DNA of 64,000 nucleotides from Algoriphagus sp. GTDB lineage: Bacteria; Bacteroidota; Bacteroidia; Cytophagales; Cyclobacteriaceae. Each line of letters starts with the position of its first letter. The stretch's first letter is position 1. A program made the translations under genes and the position numbers. Below the pieces are notes generated by a model. The model worked only from the letters and a program-made list of their open reading frames with translations. It was not told where the DNA came from and searched no databases. The stretch lies in contig NZ_JABXIN010000008.1 in assembly GCF_013373065.1 (NCBI RefSeq), forward strand, positions 31,166 through 95,165, written 5' to 3'. This document shows positions 16,626-25,922 of the stretch, piece after piece.

Positions 16626-17888
16626 ATGTTATCCAAACGCTCGTTAGTAGGAGTTCCATTGAAATTCCACACGCTGGCATTGCTGTTTTTCTTATTCCTG
16701 GGTGGGCAGGCTTTTGCTGCTGATCCGGCGGTAAGTGACAGTGAGGAAGCCATTGCGGCGGGAAAGACAGTTTTCAACGCAAACTGTAAGCAGTGTCATA
16801 AACTAGATCAAAAAGCAGTAGGTCCTGCACTTCGCGGAATTACTGACAGAAGATCTCCAGATTGGGCAAAGAGCTTTATCAAAAACTCACAGGCTGTTAT
16901 CGCATCTGGCGATGACTATGCCAATGCATTGTATGCGGAGTATAATAACTTGATGATGCCTTCTCATGAATTTTTGTCTGACGCTGATTTGGACAATCTC
17001 TTGTCATACATCGAATATGGTGATAAGGTAGATCCAGCTGCTGCAGCTGCTGCCACTGCCAGTGCTGCAGGAGGTGAAGGTGGCGGAGGCGGAATCCCTA
17101 CGGAGTACCTTACCATCATCGTGGTTGTTCTTGTTATCGTTCTTTTGTTGATCTTGATTGTTTTAGGCTTGATTATTTCTATCCTTACCAAGTATGTCAA
17201 CAAGCAGGAATTGGATGAAGAGGATAAAGAATTTATATCCCAGAAATTTCAATTAGGTAAAGTCCTCAAGAGTGATGCGTTTGTAATTATCGTGACTGCC
17301 TTGGTAGTAGCCTTGGTTGCAAAGACAGCAATTGACGGTTTGTATTCTGTGGGTGTGCAGCAAGGATATGCACCTACTCAGCCAATCGCTTATTCTCATG
17401 CACTCCATGCTGGTACTTTAGAAATTGAATGTCAATATTGTCACACCGGTGTAGAAATTGGAAAGTCAGCGAATATTCCTTCTGCGAATATTTGTATGAA
17501 CTGCCACATGCACGTGCAAAATCTACAAGGCAAAGAGGGAGTTTCACCTGAGATTCAAAAAATTTATGACGCGATCGATAACAACCAGCCAATTGAATGG
17601 GTTCGCGTTCACAACCTTCCTGACCTAGCTTATTTCAACCACTCTCAGCACGTGAAAGTCGGTGGTATTGAGTGCCAGACTTGTCACGGTCCTATCGAAG
17701 AGATGGAAGTGGTTTATCAATATTCCTCCCTGACAATGGGATGGTGTATTGACTGTCACCGTCAGACAGAAATTGCTGCTGGTGGAAATGAGTATTATGA
17801 CAAATTGGTACAACTCCATGCTGATTCCAAGGATGCCTTGAAAGTGAAGGACATCGGTGGTCTTGAGTGTGCAAAGTGTCACTACTAA
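16626..17888 (+). CDS. actA: Alternative Complex III subunit ActA, multiheme cytochrome c with extra N-terminal monoheme domain
   Basis: 420 aa with six CxxCH motifs (CKQCH, CQYCH, CMNCH, CQTCH, CIDCH, CAKCH). It has a signal/anchor, an Ala/Gly linker AAAAAATASAAGGEGGGG and a TM helix. Confidence 0.85.
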   Translation: MLSKRSLVGVPLKFHTLALLFFLFLGGQAFAADPAVSDSEEAIAAGKTVFNANCKQCHKLDQKAVGPALRGITDRRSPDWAKSFIKNSQAVIASGDDYANALYAEYNNLMMPSHEFLSDADLDNLLSYIEYGDKVDPAAAAAATASAAGGEGGGGGIPTEYLTIIVVVLVIVLLLILIVLGLIISILTKYVNKQELDEEDKEFISQKFQLGKVLKSDAFVIIVTALVVALVAKTAIDGLYSVGVQQGYAPTQPIAYSHALHAGTLEIECQYCHTGVEIGKSANIPSANICMNCHMHVQNLQGKEGVSPEIQKIYDAIDNNQPIEWVRVHNLPDLAYFNHSQHVKVGGIECQTCHGPIEEMEVVYQYSSLTMGWCIDCHRQTEIAAGGNEYYDKLVQLHADSKDALKVKDIGGLECAKCHY

Positions 17889-17921
17889 AATCATTCTGAA
17901 ATTCTATTCCTAGATCATAAA

Positions 17922-20900
17922 ATGAAGGAAACTAAAAAAACATACTGGAAAGGGCTTGAGCAACTCAGCAACGATCCAGAGTTTGTTAAAAACGCAGATA
18001 GGGAATTTCCTGAACTTCCCTCCACGCTTTCCGAGGATGGAAATGCTTCTCGAAGAGATTTTCTGAAATTGATGGGCTTTAGCTTGGCTGCTGCTTCTTT
18101 GGCAGCATGTGAGGCACCCGTTCGAAAGGCGATCCCTTATGTCAACAAACCAGTTGATATCCACCCTTCCATTCCAAACTATTACGCATCAACTTTTGCT
18201 TCCGGTGGTGATTATGCTTCCATCGTTGTAAAAACACGGGAAGGTCGTCCTATTAAAATCGATGGAAATGAGCTTTCTCCTATTAATAAGGGAAAAGTAA
18301 ATGCTATCGTTGAAGCTTCTGTTCTTTCACTATATGATAAAGAACGACTTGCTGGCCCATATTTGGGAGGTCAGAAGACTGATTGGGCGAGTTTGGATGC
18401 TGAAGTGAAATCAAAGCTTGCTGGTGCCGGTTCCGTAAAAGTTGTTGCAAATACCATTCTTTCTCCGTCTACTGAAAAAGCATTGCAGCAATTCTCAGAG
18501 GCATTTGGTGCTGAGGTGATCATGTACGATCCTTTGTCCAATTATGGTATTGCAAAAGCTTCTGAAACTTATTATGGCCAATCAGTAGTTCCTTCTTACT
18601 TTTTCGATAAAGCCAAAACCATTGTATCCTTTGGTGCAGACTTCTTAGGTTCTTGGATTTCTCCAATTGAATTTGCCGGTCAATATGCAAAGACCCGTAA
18701 GATCAGCAAGGAAAATCCAGTAATGTCACGTCATTTCCAGTTTGAGTCCAACTTATCTCTTACTGGTGCAAATGCTGACTACCGTACGCCAATTAAAGCC
18801 TCTCAAAGTGGGTTAGCTGTATTGGCATTATATAATATGATCGCTTCCAAAGCAGGTGCATCTACTGTTTCAGCTCCGGCTGTTGAAGTTGCCCATTTGG
18901 AAAAGGCGGCTAACGAACTTTGGGCTAACAGAGGTGCTTCTTTGGTAATTTCTGGTTCTAATGATCCTAACGTCCAAACTGTCGTTCATGCAATCAATGA
19001 ATTGCTTGGAAATAATGGTTCAACAGTAGATTTCGGTTCCCCAGTCAATTTCCGAAAAGGAAATGATGCTGTTATGAACCAATTTGTAACTGATTTGAAT
19101 GCAGGTAGAGTTGGCGCAGTTGTATTCTACAATTGTAACCCAGTTTATGATCATCCAAGAGGCGCAGAAATCGCTGAAGGTATCGGTAAAGCTCGATTCA
19201 GTGTAGCGACAAACATGACCATGGATGAGACATCCTCTTTGGTACAAGCTATTGCTCCAGATCATCATTATTTAGAGTCTTGGAATGACTTCGAACCAAA
19301 ACCAGGTCATTTCTCTCTTTCTCAGCCTACCATTTCTCCTTTGTTTGATACTCGTCAAGCGCAGGAATCTTTCTTGGTTTGGGCTGGAGACACCACTTCT
19401 TACTATGATTTCTTGCAGCAAAGTTGGGAATCTGGTTTGTTCACCCAATTAGAAACGGGTGGTGAATTCCAGGAATTCTGGGATCAATCACTTTATAATG
19501 GTGTGTTGGCAATCGAAAGACAAAGCGAAGCAGTTGCTCCTGTAGGAGATGTTGCTGCTGCAGCAGCTGCAGTTGCAAGAACTTACAGTGCTGAAAACTC
19601 AGGTGCTGAATTGGTTCTTTATACCAAAGTGGCCATAGGTAATGGTACTTTCGCTAACAACCCATGGCTTCAAGAAACTCCAGACCCTATTTCCAAGGCT
19701 ACTTGGGACAACTATTTGACTGTTTCTCAGAAGTGGGCGACTGAAAATGGTGTTACGATGGTCGAGGAGAATACCCGAAAGGCGACAATCAATGTAAACG
19801 GAAAGCAATTGACTGTTCCAGTTTTGATTCAGCCTGGACAAGCTGAAGGTACCTTTGGCTTGGCATTGGGTTACGGAAGAACAAAAGCTGGTCGAGTAGG
19901 AAATGGAGTAGGGGTGAATGCTTATGAACTCCTAGACGCTTCTGCTGGCTTTGTGAATTTTGATATTACTTCTGGTGTAACTGTAGAAGTTACTGCGGAT
20001 AGCTATAAAATCGCAAGAACTCAGACCCATCAGACATTCATGGGTCGTGAAAACGTAATTCAGGAAGCTACCTTGGCTGAATACAAGCAAGATGCTTCTG
20101 CTGGTAGATATAAGCCAGAGATTTACAAGGAAGGTGAATTTGTTAAGCCTTCGAAAATTTCCCTTTGGAAAGGCCACCAATACTCTCAGCATCACTGGGG
20201 ATTGGCGATTGACATGAACTCCTGTATTGGATGTTCTGCTTGTTCTGTAGCTTGTCAGGTTGAAAACAACGTGGCCGTTGTAGGTAAGCAAGAAGTCTTG
20301 AATCGTCGTGAAATGGCTTGGATCCGTATCGATCGATATTATTCTTCTGATGCGGCAGCTGATGATTTGGACGGATTGGAGAAAGCTTCAGAAAATCCTG
20401 AGGTTACCTTCCAGCCAATGATGTGTCAGCAATGTAACAATGCTCCATGTGAGACAGTATGTCCTGTAGCTGCAACGACCCACTCTTCTGAAGGTCTGAA
20501 TCAGATGACTTACAACCGTTGTATCGGTACTCGTTACTGTGCTAACAACTGTCCTTACAAAGTTCGTCGATTTAACTGGTTCAAGTACCATGACAATTCT
20601 CAGTTCGCTGGAGTGAACGTAGCTCAAAACGACGATTTGGGTAAAATGGTATTGAACCCAGACGTTACCGTTCGAGCTCGAGGTGTAATGGAGAAATGCT
20701 CCATGTGTGTTCAGCGAATCCAAGCTGGAAAACTGGAAGCGAAGCGTGAAAAGCGTAAGGTGAAAGACGGAGATATCAATGTAGCCTGTGCGGTTGCTTG
20801 TCCTACTGACGCCTTAGTATTTGGTGATATGAACGATCCGGAAAGCCGAATTTCTAAGCTTTTGAAGATCGAGGAAAACACTACTTCTCCTTTGAAAGAA

Positions 20901-21002
20901 GTGAATGAAGAGCGTGCTTACCACGTGTTGGAGGAAATCAACGTGAGTCCAAACGTATGGTATTTCACCAAAATCAGAAATAAAGACAAAAACGAAGCGT
21001 AA
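17922..21002 (+). CDS. actB: ACIII subunit ActB (molybdopterin-oxidoreductase-like domain fused to a 4Fe-4S ferredoxin-like domain)
   Basis: 1026 aa. Tat signal SRRDFLKLMG. Fe-S motifs CIGCSACSVAC, CQQCNNAPCETVCP, CIGTRYCANNCPYKVR and CAVACP. Confidence 0.9.
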   Translation: MKETKKTYWKGLEQLSNDPEFVKNADREFPELPSTLSEDGNASRRDFLKLMGFSLAAASLAACEAPVRKAIPYVNKPVDIHPSIPNYYASTFASGGDYASIVVKTREGRPIKIDGNELSPINKGKVNAIVEASVLSLYDKERLAGPYLGGQKTDWASLDAEVKSKLAGAGSVKVVANTILSPSTEKALQQFSEAFGAEVIMYDPLSNYGIAKASETYYGQSVVPSYFFDKAKTIVSFGADFLGSWISPIEFAGQYAKTRKISKENPVMSRHFQFESNLSLTGANADYRTPIKASQSGLAVLALYNMIASKAGASTVSAPAVEVAHLEKAANELWANRGASLVISGSNDPNVQTVVHAINELLGNNGSTVDFGSPVNFRKGNDAVMNQFVTDLNAGRVGAVVFYNCNPVYDHPRGAEIAEGIGKARFSVATNMTMDETSSLVQAIAPDHHYLESWNDFEPKPGHFSLSQPTISPLFDTRQAQESFLVWAGDTTSYYDFLQQSWESGLFTQLETGGEFQEFWDQSLYNGVLAIERQSEAVAPVGDVAAAAAAVARTYSAENSGAELVLYTKVAIGNGTFANNPWLQETPDPISKATWDNYLTVSQKWATENGVTMVEENTRKATINVNGKQLTVPVLIQPGQAEGTFGLALGYGRTKAGRVGNGVGVNAYELLDASAGFVNFDITSGVTVEVTADSYKIARTQTHQTFMGRENVIQEATLAEYKQDASAGRYKPEIYKEGEFVKPSKISLWKGHQYSQHHWGLAIDMNSCIGCSACSVACQVENNVAVVGKQEVLNRREMAWIRIDRYYSSDAAADDLDGLEKASENPEVTFQPMMCQQCNNAPCETVCPVAATTHSSEGLNQMTYNRCIGTRYCANNCPYKVRRFNWFKYHDNSQFAGVNVAQNDDLGKMVLNPDVTVRARGVMEKCSMCVQRIQAGKLEAKREKRKVKDGDINVACAVACPTDALVFGDMNDPESRISKLLKIEENTTSPLKEVNEERAYHVLEEINVSPNVWYFTKIRNKDKNEA

Positions 21003-21019
21003 TCATAATTTTATAAACT

Positions 21020-22384
21020 ATGCAGGTTACTTCATCCGTACGTCAGCCATTAGTCACCGGCGGTAAAACCTATCACGACGTCACGCACGACGTTTCGCGT
21101 CAAGTGGAGGGCAAACCATCCTTGGCTTGGTTTCTGGCCTTTTTGACTGCCGCTGGCGTGTTGGCACTTGGAGCCATCGCCCTAGTTGCTACCCTTTGGG
21201 AAGGAATCGGGATGTGGGGTCTTAACAAAACCATCGGTTGGGCTTGGGACATCACCAACTTCGTGTGGTGGGTCGGTATCGGTCACGCCGGAACGCTGAT
21301 TTCAGCAGTATTGTTGCTATTCCGCCAAAAGTGGAGAACATCCATTAACCGAGCTGCAGAAGCGATGACCATTTTTGCGGTTATCTGTGCTGCGATGTTC
21401 CCGGTGATTCACATGGGACGTCCTTGGATCGGGGCTTATTGGGCGCTTCCACTTCCAAATACCTTCGGATCCTTATGGGTAAACTTCAACTCGCCTCTTT
21501 TGTGGGACGTGTTCGCGATCTCTACCTATTTCTCGGTTTCCTTGGTGTTCTGGTACATTGGTTTGATTCCTGATTTTGCAACAATCCGAGATCGAGCTAC
21601 TGGTTTAAGAAAGACTATTTATGGTGCGCTTTCGTTTGGGTGGGATGGTGCCGCAAAAACTTGGATGCGATATGAATCTGTTTCCTTGATTTTGGCTGGT
21701 CTTGCAACACCTTTGGTACTTTCTGTACACACCATCGTTTCTTTTGACTTTGCAACTTCTGTAATTCCAGGATGGCATACGACGATCTTCCCTCCATACT
21801 TTGTGGCTGGTGCGATCTTCTCTGGTTTTGCAATGGTATTGACCTTGATGATCATTACACGTAAGGTCTTCAAATTGGAAGATTACATTACAATGGGCCA
21901 TATCGAATTGATGAATATTGTAATCATCATTACAGGTTCTATTGTAGGTATTGCATATATCACGGAATTCTTCATCGCTTGGTATTCAGGTGTTGAAGCA
22001 GAACAATATGCTTTCATCAACCGTGCTACGGGACCTTACTGGTGGGCATACTGGTCAATGATGACTTGTAATGTGATTTCACCTCAATTGTTCTGGATTA
22101 AGAAAATCCGTACCTCTATTGTTGCAACCTTCATTCTTTCTTTGGTTGTAAACATCGGTATGTGGTTCGAGCGATTTGTAATTATCGTTACTTCTCTTCA
22201 CAGAGACTTCTTGCCTTCTTCTTGGGCGATGTTTTATCCGACTTGGGCTGATGTTGGGGTATACTTATTCACCTTCGGTCTATTCTTCACCTTATTCTTC
22301 TTGTTTGCCAAGTTCTTCCCTGTGATCAACATGGCAGAGGTGAAGTCAGTGTTGAAATCTTCATCTGAAAAAGCTGCTAATTAA
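21020..22384 (+). CDS. actC: ACIII subunit ActC (NrfD/PsrC-like quinol-interacting membrane subunit)
   Basis: 454 aa with about 10 TM helices. It has an NrfD-like sequence and the conserved act gene-order position. Confidence 0.85.
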   Translation: MQVTSSVRQPLVTGGKTYHDVTHDVSRQVEGKPSLAWFLAFLTAAGVLALGAIALVATLWEGIGMWGLNKTIGWAWDITNFVWWVGIGHAGTLISAVLLLFRQKWRTSINRAAEAMTIFAVICAAMFPVIHMGRPWIGAYWALPLPNTFGSLWVNFNSPLLWDVFAISTYFSVSLVFWYIGLIPDFATIRDRATGLRKTIYGALSFGWDGAAKTWMRYESVSLILAGLATPLVLSVHTIVSFDFATSVIPGWHTTIFPPYFVAGAIFSGFAMVLTLMIITRKVFKLEDYITMGHIELMNIVIIITGSIVGIAYITEFFIAWYSGVEAEQYAFINRATGPYWWAYWSMMTCNVISPQLFWIKKIRTSIVATFILSLVVNIGMWFERFVIIVTSLHRDFLPSSWAMFYPTWADVGVYLFTFGLFFTLFFLFAKFFPVINMAEVKSVLKSSSEKAAN

Positions 22385-22385
22385 T

Positions 22386-22919
22386 ATGGAAAGAGATACT
22401 CATTTTGTCTTAGGCGTATATGAGGACGAAGATGTCCTGATGAATGCCGTGAAGCAAGTTCGATCAAGTGGTGTGAAAATCCACGAAGTATATTCTCCTT
22501 ATCCTGTGCATGGATTAGAGCATGCTTTAGGATACAAGCGAAGTAGACTTCCAATTGCAGCTTTCTTATTCGGTATGCTTGGAACATCCCTTGCATTAAC
22601 CATGCAGTTTTACATGATGAAATTTGACTGGCCAATGATTATTGGTGGTAAAGATTTCGCAGCTTTCCCTGATTTCATTCCAGTTTCATTTGAAATGACC
22701 GTATTGCTTGCTGCTTTCGGTATGGTAGGTGTATTTATGGTTAGTTCGAACTTGAAGCCTTGGGCTCAGCCTCGAATTTTTGATCTCCGAATTACGGATG
22801 ACAAACATGTAATGGCTATTGATTTGGCGGTTAATTCGGGCATGGATGAGGAAAAAATTAAGGAAATCCTTTCTTCCTCTGGTGCTTCTGAAGTAAACAA
22901 TAAAAGTTTTGACGAGTAA
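22386..22919 (+). CDS. actD: ACIII subunit ActD (DUF3341)
   Basis: 177 aa. N-terminus FVLGVYEDEDVLMNAVKQVR..IHEVYSPYPVHGL followed by two TM helices. Gene-order position fits. Confidence 0.8.
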   Translation: MERDTHFVLGVYEDEDVLMNAVKQVRSSGVKIHEVYSPYPVHGLEHALGYKRSRLPIAAFLFGMLGTSLALTMQFYMMKFDWPMIIGGKDFAAFPDFIPVSFEMTVLLAAFGMVGVFMVSSNLKPWAQPRIFDLRITDDKHVMAIDLAVNSGMDEEKIKEILSSSGASEVNNKSFDE

Positions 22920-22930
22920 TTCCCGATAAT

Positions 22931-23557
22931 ATGAAAATGATGAATAAACTTGGGATTTTGGGAGTAGCATTGGCTGGGTCAATCCTTGCAGGCTGTAGAG
23001 CCGGAGAAGATAATCCAGGCTTAGAATATGCCCCTCAAATGTACCATTCTGTTCCTTACGAGCCCTTGTCTCAAATTAAAGATGAATCACAAGGTTCTTG
23101 GCTTTCCAATCGGGAGGACGAAAAGGGTGAATTCTTTAATAGTAACATCAACAATCCTCATGGAATGAACATGCGGGAGCCTGTTGCGGGTACTGTTCCT
23201 CGAAATAAAAATGGGATGCTTCCTTATCGCTTGCAGGCTTTTGAATTGGAGCAGGCAGCATTGGTAGAAAATCCTTTAACTGTCGATGATGCGATCATCA
23301 AAGAAGGTGAAACCCTTTACACTCAATATTGCTCTGCTTGCCATGGAAAAGGTGGCGAGGGAGACGGTAAAGTAGGTGAAATTATCGGTGGTGTAGCAAA
23401 CCTAAAAGGTGGTGCTTACATCAATCTTCCAGAAGGTCATATTTTCCATGTGATCACTAAAGGAAAAGGAAGAATGGGAGCTCATGGTTCTCAGATTACT
23501 CCTGAAAATCGTTGGAAGATCGTTTCCTATGTTAAACAAGTAATTCAGAAGCAATAA
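22931..23557 (+). CDS. actE: ACIII subunit ActE, lipid-anchored monoheme cytochrome c
   Basis: 208 aa. Lipobox ILAGC and a single CSACH heme motif. Confidence 0.8.
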   Translation: MKMMNKLGILGVALAGSILAGCRAGEDNPGLEYAPQMYHSVPYEPLSQIKDESQGSWLSNREDEKGEFFNSNINNPHGMNMREPVAGTVPRNKNGMLPYRLQAFELEQAALVENPLTVDDAIIKEGETLYTQYCSACHGKGGEGDGKVGEIIGGVANLKGGAYINLPEGHIFHVITKGKGRMGAHGSQITPENRWKIVSYVKQVIQKQ

Positions 23558-23559
23558 TC

Positions 23560-24855
23560 ATGGCTCACGAAGTTCAGAATTTTAACCTAGATCAAAAATT
23601 TGATTTCACTGCCGGAATCAAAAAGTCTATCATGACCGTACTCCTAATTGGGGCTGCGCTTTTGGTAGTAGGAATTGTATTGGCTATGATGGGTGGAGGT
23701 CATGCTGAAGAAGGAGCCGAGGCAGGGGGACATGCTTTCCACTGGTATCAACGACTATTCGCCAATATTTGGATCAACAATGTGTACTTCACAGGTATTG
23801 CTATTGTTGGTGTTTTCTTCTTTGCTATTCAATATGCTGCGCAAGCAGGATGGTCTGCACCGATTACTCGAGTAATGCTTGCGTTCGGAAATTGGCTTCC
23901 AATCGCTGCAATTCTTATGGTTGCTAGTTTCTTTTTGATGGGGCATGATTTGTTCCACTGGTGGCATGCTGAGCTATTTGATAAAGCTTCTCCAGAATAT
24001 GATTCAATCATTGATGGAAAGGGAGCATTTTTCTACTGGCCGATGGAGAAAGGAACTTTCCCTATTTTCTACATTGCTAGAATGGTTATTTTCTTCGGAT
24101 TTTGGGTATTCTTCTTCTCCAAATTCAAGAAAATTGCAGCAGCTGAAGACCAATTAGGAGGAACTTCCCACTGGTTCAAAATGAGAAGTTGGTCTGCTTA
24201 CTTCTTGGTTTTCTTTGCAGTTTCTTCTTCTATTTCTGCATGGGACTGGGTAATGTCAATTGATACACACTGGTTCTCCACTCTTTTTGGATGGTATGTA
24301 TTTGCATCTTGGTTTGTAGCTGGTCTTTCATCCATTACTTTATTGGTGATTTTCTTGAAAGGAAAAGGATATTTGGAAATGGTAAATGAAAACCACGTTC
24401 ATGACCTTGGAAAATTCGTATTTGGGTTCTCCATTTTCTGGACTTACCTATGGTTTTCACAGTTCCTTTTGATCTATTATGCAAACATACCTGAAGAATC
24501 AGTTTACTTTATTGAGAGATTGGAAAGTGACGTGTATGGAGGGTTCATTTTCGTAAATATTGTGATGAACTTTGTCCTACCTTTCTTAGTTCTTATGACT
24601 AGAGATGCCAAGCGACATGGAATTTTCCTTAAGTTAGTATGTACATTGTTGATTGTAGGACACTGGGTAGACTTCTTCTTGATGGTTCAGCCAGGTACTT
24701 TGGGTCACAATGGAGGTATTGGATTTATGGAAATTGGAACGTTCTTGGTTTATGGTTCAGCAGTGGCGTTGGTTGTGCTTGGAGGACTGGCCAAAGGAAA
24801 CTTGATTCCGAAAAATCACCCAATGCTTGAAGAAAGCTATCATCATCACATTTAA
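23560..24855 (+). CDS. actF: ACIII subunit ActF (second NrfD-like membrane subunit)
   Basis: 431 aa polytopic membrane protein in the gene-order position after actE. Confidence 0.8.
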   Translation: MAHEVQNFNLDQKFDFTAGIKKSIMTVLLIGAALLVVGIVLAMMGGGHAEEGAEAGGHAFHWYQRLFANIWINNVYFTGIAIVGVFFFAIQYAAQAGWSAPITRVMLAFGNWLPIAAILMVASFFLMGHDLFHWWHAELFDKASPEYDSIIDGKGAFFYWPMEKGTFPIFYIARMVIFFGFWVFFFSKFKKIAAAEDQLGGTSHWFKMRSWSAYFLVFFAVSSSISAWDWVMSIDTHWFSTLFGWYVFASWFVAGLSSITLLVIFLKGKGYLEMVNENHVHDLGKFVFGFSIFWTYLWFSQFLLIYYANIPEESVYFIERLESDVYGGFIFVNIVMNFVLPFLVLMTRDAKRHGIFLKLVCTLLIVGHWVDFFLMVQPGTLGHNGGIGFMEIGTFLVYGSAVALVVLGGLAKGNLIPKNHPMLEESYHHHI

Positions 24856-24878
24856 TACAAACTTGAAATAGTAATAAT

Positions 24879-25898
24879 ATGTACGGATTTCTAATTGCAG
24901 TTGGGGTAGTTCTCCTTTTATCCATTGTTTGGATGGTTTATCGGATCCAAACCTTGGTATCTGTAGTCAAAGGCTCTGACAAAAAAATTGCTACGGGAAG
25001 CAATAAGGTGAATGCCTTTTTATTCTTGGTCTTTTTGGTAGCAATTGGTGGTTTGATGTTTTGGTATTCGATCAAAGAATTCCATAACTACCAGCTTCCT
25101 ATTGCTTCTGAGCATGGAGCGGTTACTGATAATTTGTTCTGGGTTACAATGGCTGTTACGGGTATCGTGTTTATCATTACCCACATTTTGCTATTCATTT
25201 TCCCTTATAAGTATCAATATAAGGAGGATAGAAAAGCATCCTTTTATCCAGAAAACAACAAATTGGAGGTTATTTGGACCGCTGTACCTGCAGTAGTTCT
25301 AGCGATTCTAGTAATTACTGGATGGATGGCTTGGTCTGACATCACAGCTCCTGCTCCTGAAAAAGCGCATGTAGTAGAAATCATGGGATATCAATTTGCT
25401 TGGGATATCCGCTATCCAGGTCAAGATAATGTCTTGGGAGATTACGATTATAGACTTACAACTGCAATTAATCCGATGGGGATTGATTTTACAGATCAGA
25501 ACTCTGTAGATGACTTTCCTTCTCCAGTTGTAGTAATTCCAAAAGGGGAGCCGGTATTATTCAAAATTAGAGCTAGAGACGTATTGCACTCAGTTTTTGC
25601 TCCGCATATGCGATTGAAAATGGATGCAGTTCCTGGAATGCCTACTCGTTTTTGGTTTGTACCTACCAAAACTACTGCTGAAATGAGAGCAGAATTGAAC
25701 GATCCTGAATTCGTTTATGAAATTGCTTGTACGGAAATTTGTGGCCGCGGTCACAATTCAATGCGAAGAGTTATCGAGGTTGTTGAGCCTGAGGAATACC
25801 AAAAGTGGCTTACGGAACAAAAGACCTTTCTTCAGATGAATCCTGCCTTGGCTGAGGGGATAGAAGTAGAGGTGAAAGAAGTGGCAGAAATTCAATAA
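24879..25898 (+). CDS. ctaC: Cytochrome c oxidase subunit II (no fused cytochrome c domain)
   Basis: 339 aa with two or three N-terminal TM helices. The CuA ligands are in HSVFAPHM...CTEICGRGHNSM. Confidence 0.9.
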   Translation: MYGFLIAVGVVLLLSIVWMVYRIQTLVSVVKGSDKKIATGSNKVNAFLFLVFLVAIGGLMFWYSIKEFHNYQLPIASEHGAVTDNLFWVTMAVTGIVFIITHILLFIFPYKYQYKEDRKASFYPENNKLEVIWTAVPAVVLAILVITGWMAWSDITAPAPEKAHVVEIMGYQFAWDIRYPGQDNVLGDYDYRLTTAINPMGIDFTDQNSVDDFPSPVVVIPKGEPVLFKIRARDVLHSVFAPHMRLKMDAVPGMPTRFWFVPTKTTAEMRAELNDPEFVYEIACTEICGRGHNSMRRVIEVVEPEEYQKWLTEQKTFLQMNPALAEGIEVEVKEVAEIQ

Positions 25899-25922
25899 AG
25901 AAAAAACACAAAAACAATAACT

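Noticed and set aside
17030-17095. GCT/GCA/GGN codon repeats in actA (and 19555-19580 in actB) as possible tandem or microsatellite DNA repeats.
   Set aside because: They are in frame and encode Ala/Gly-rich interdomain linkers. This is coding low complexity, not a structural DNA repeat.
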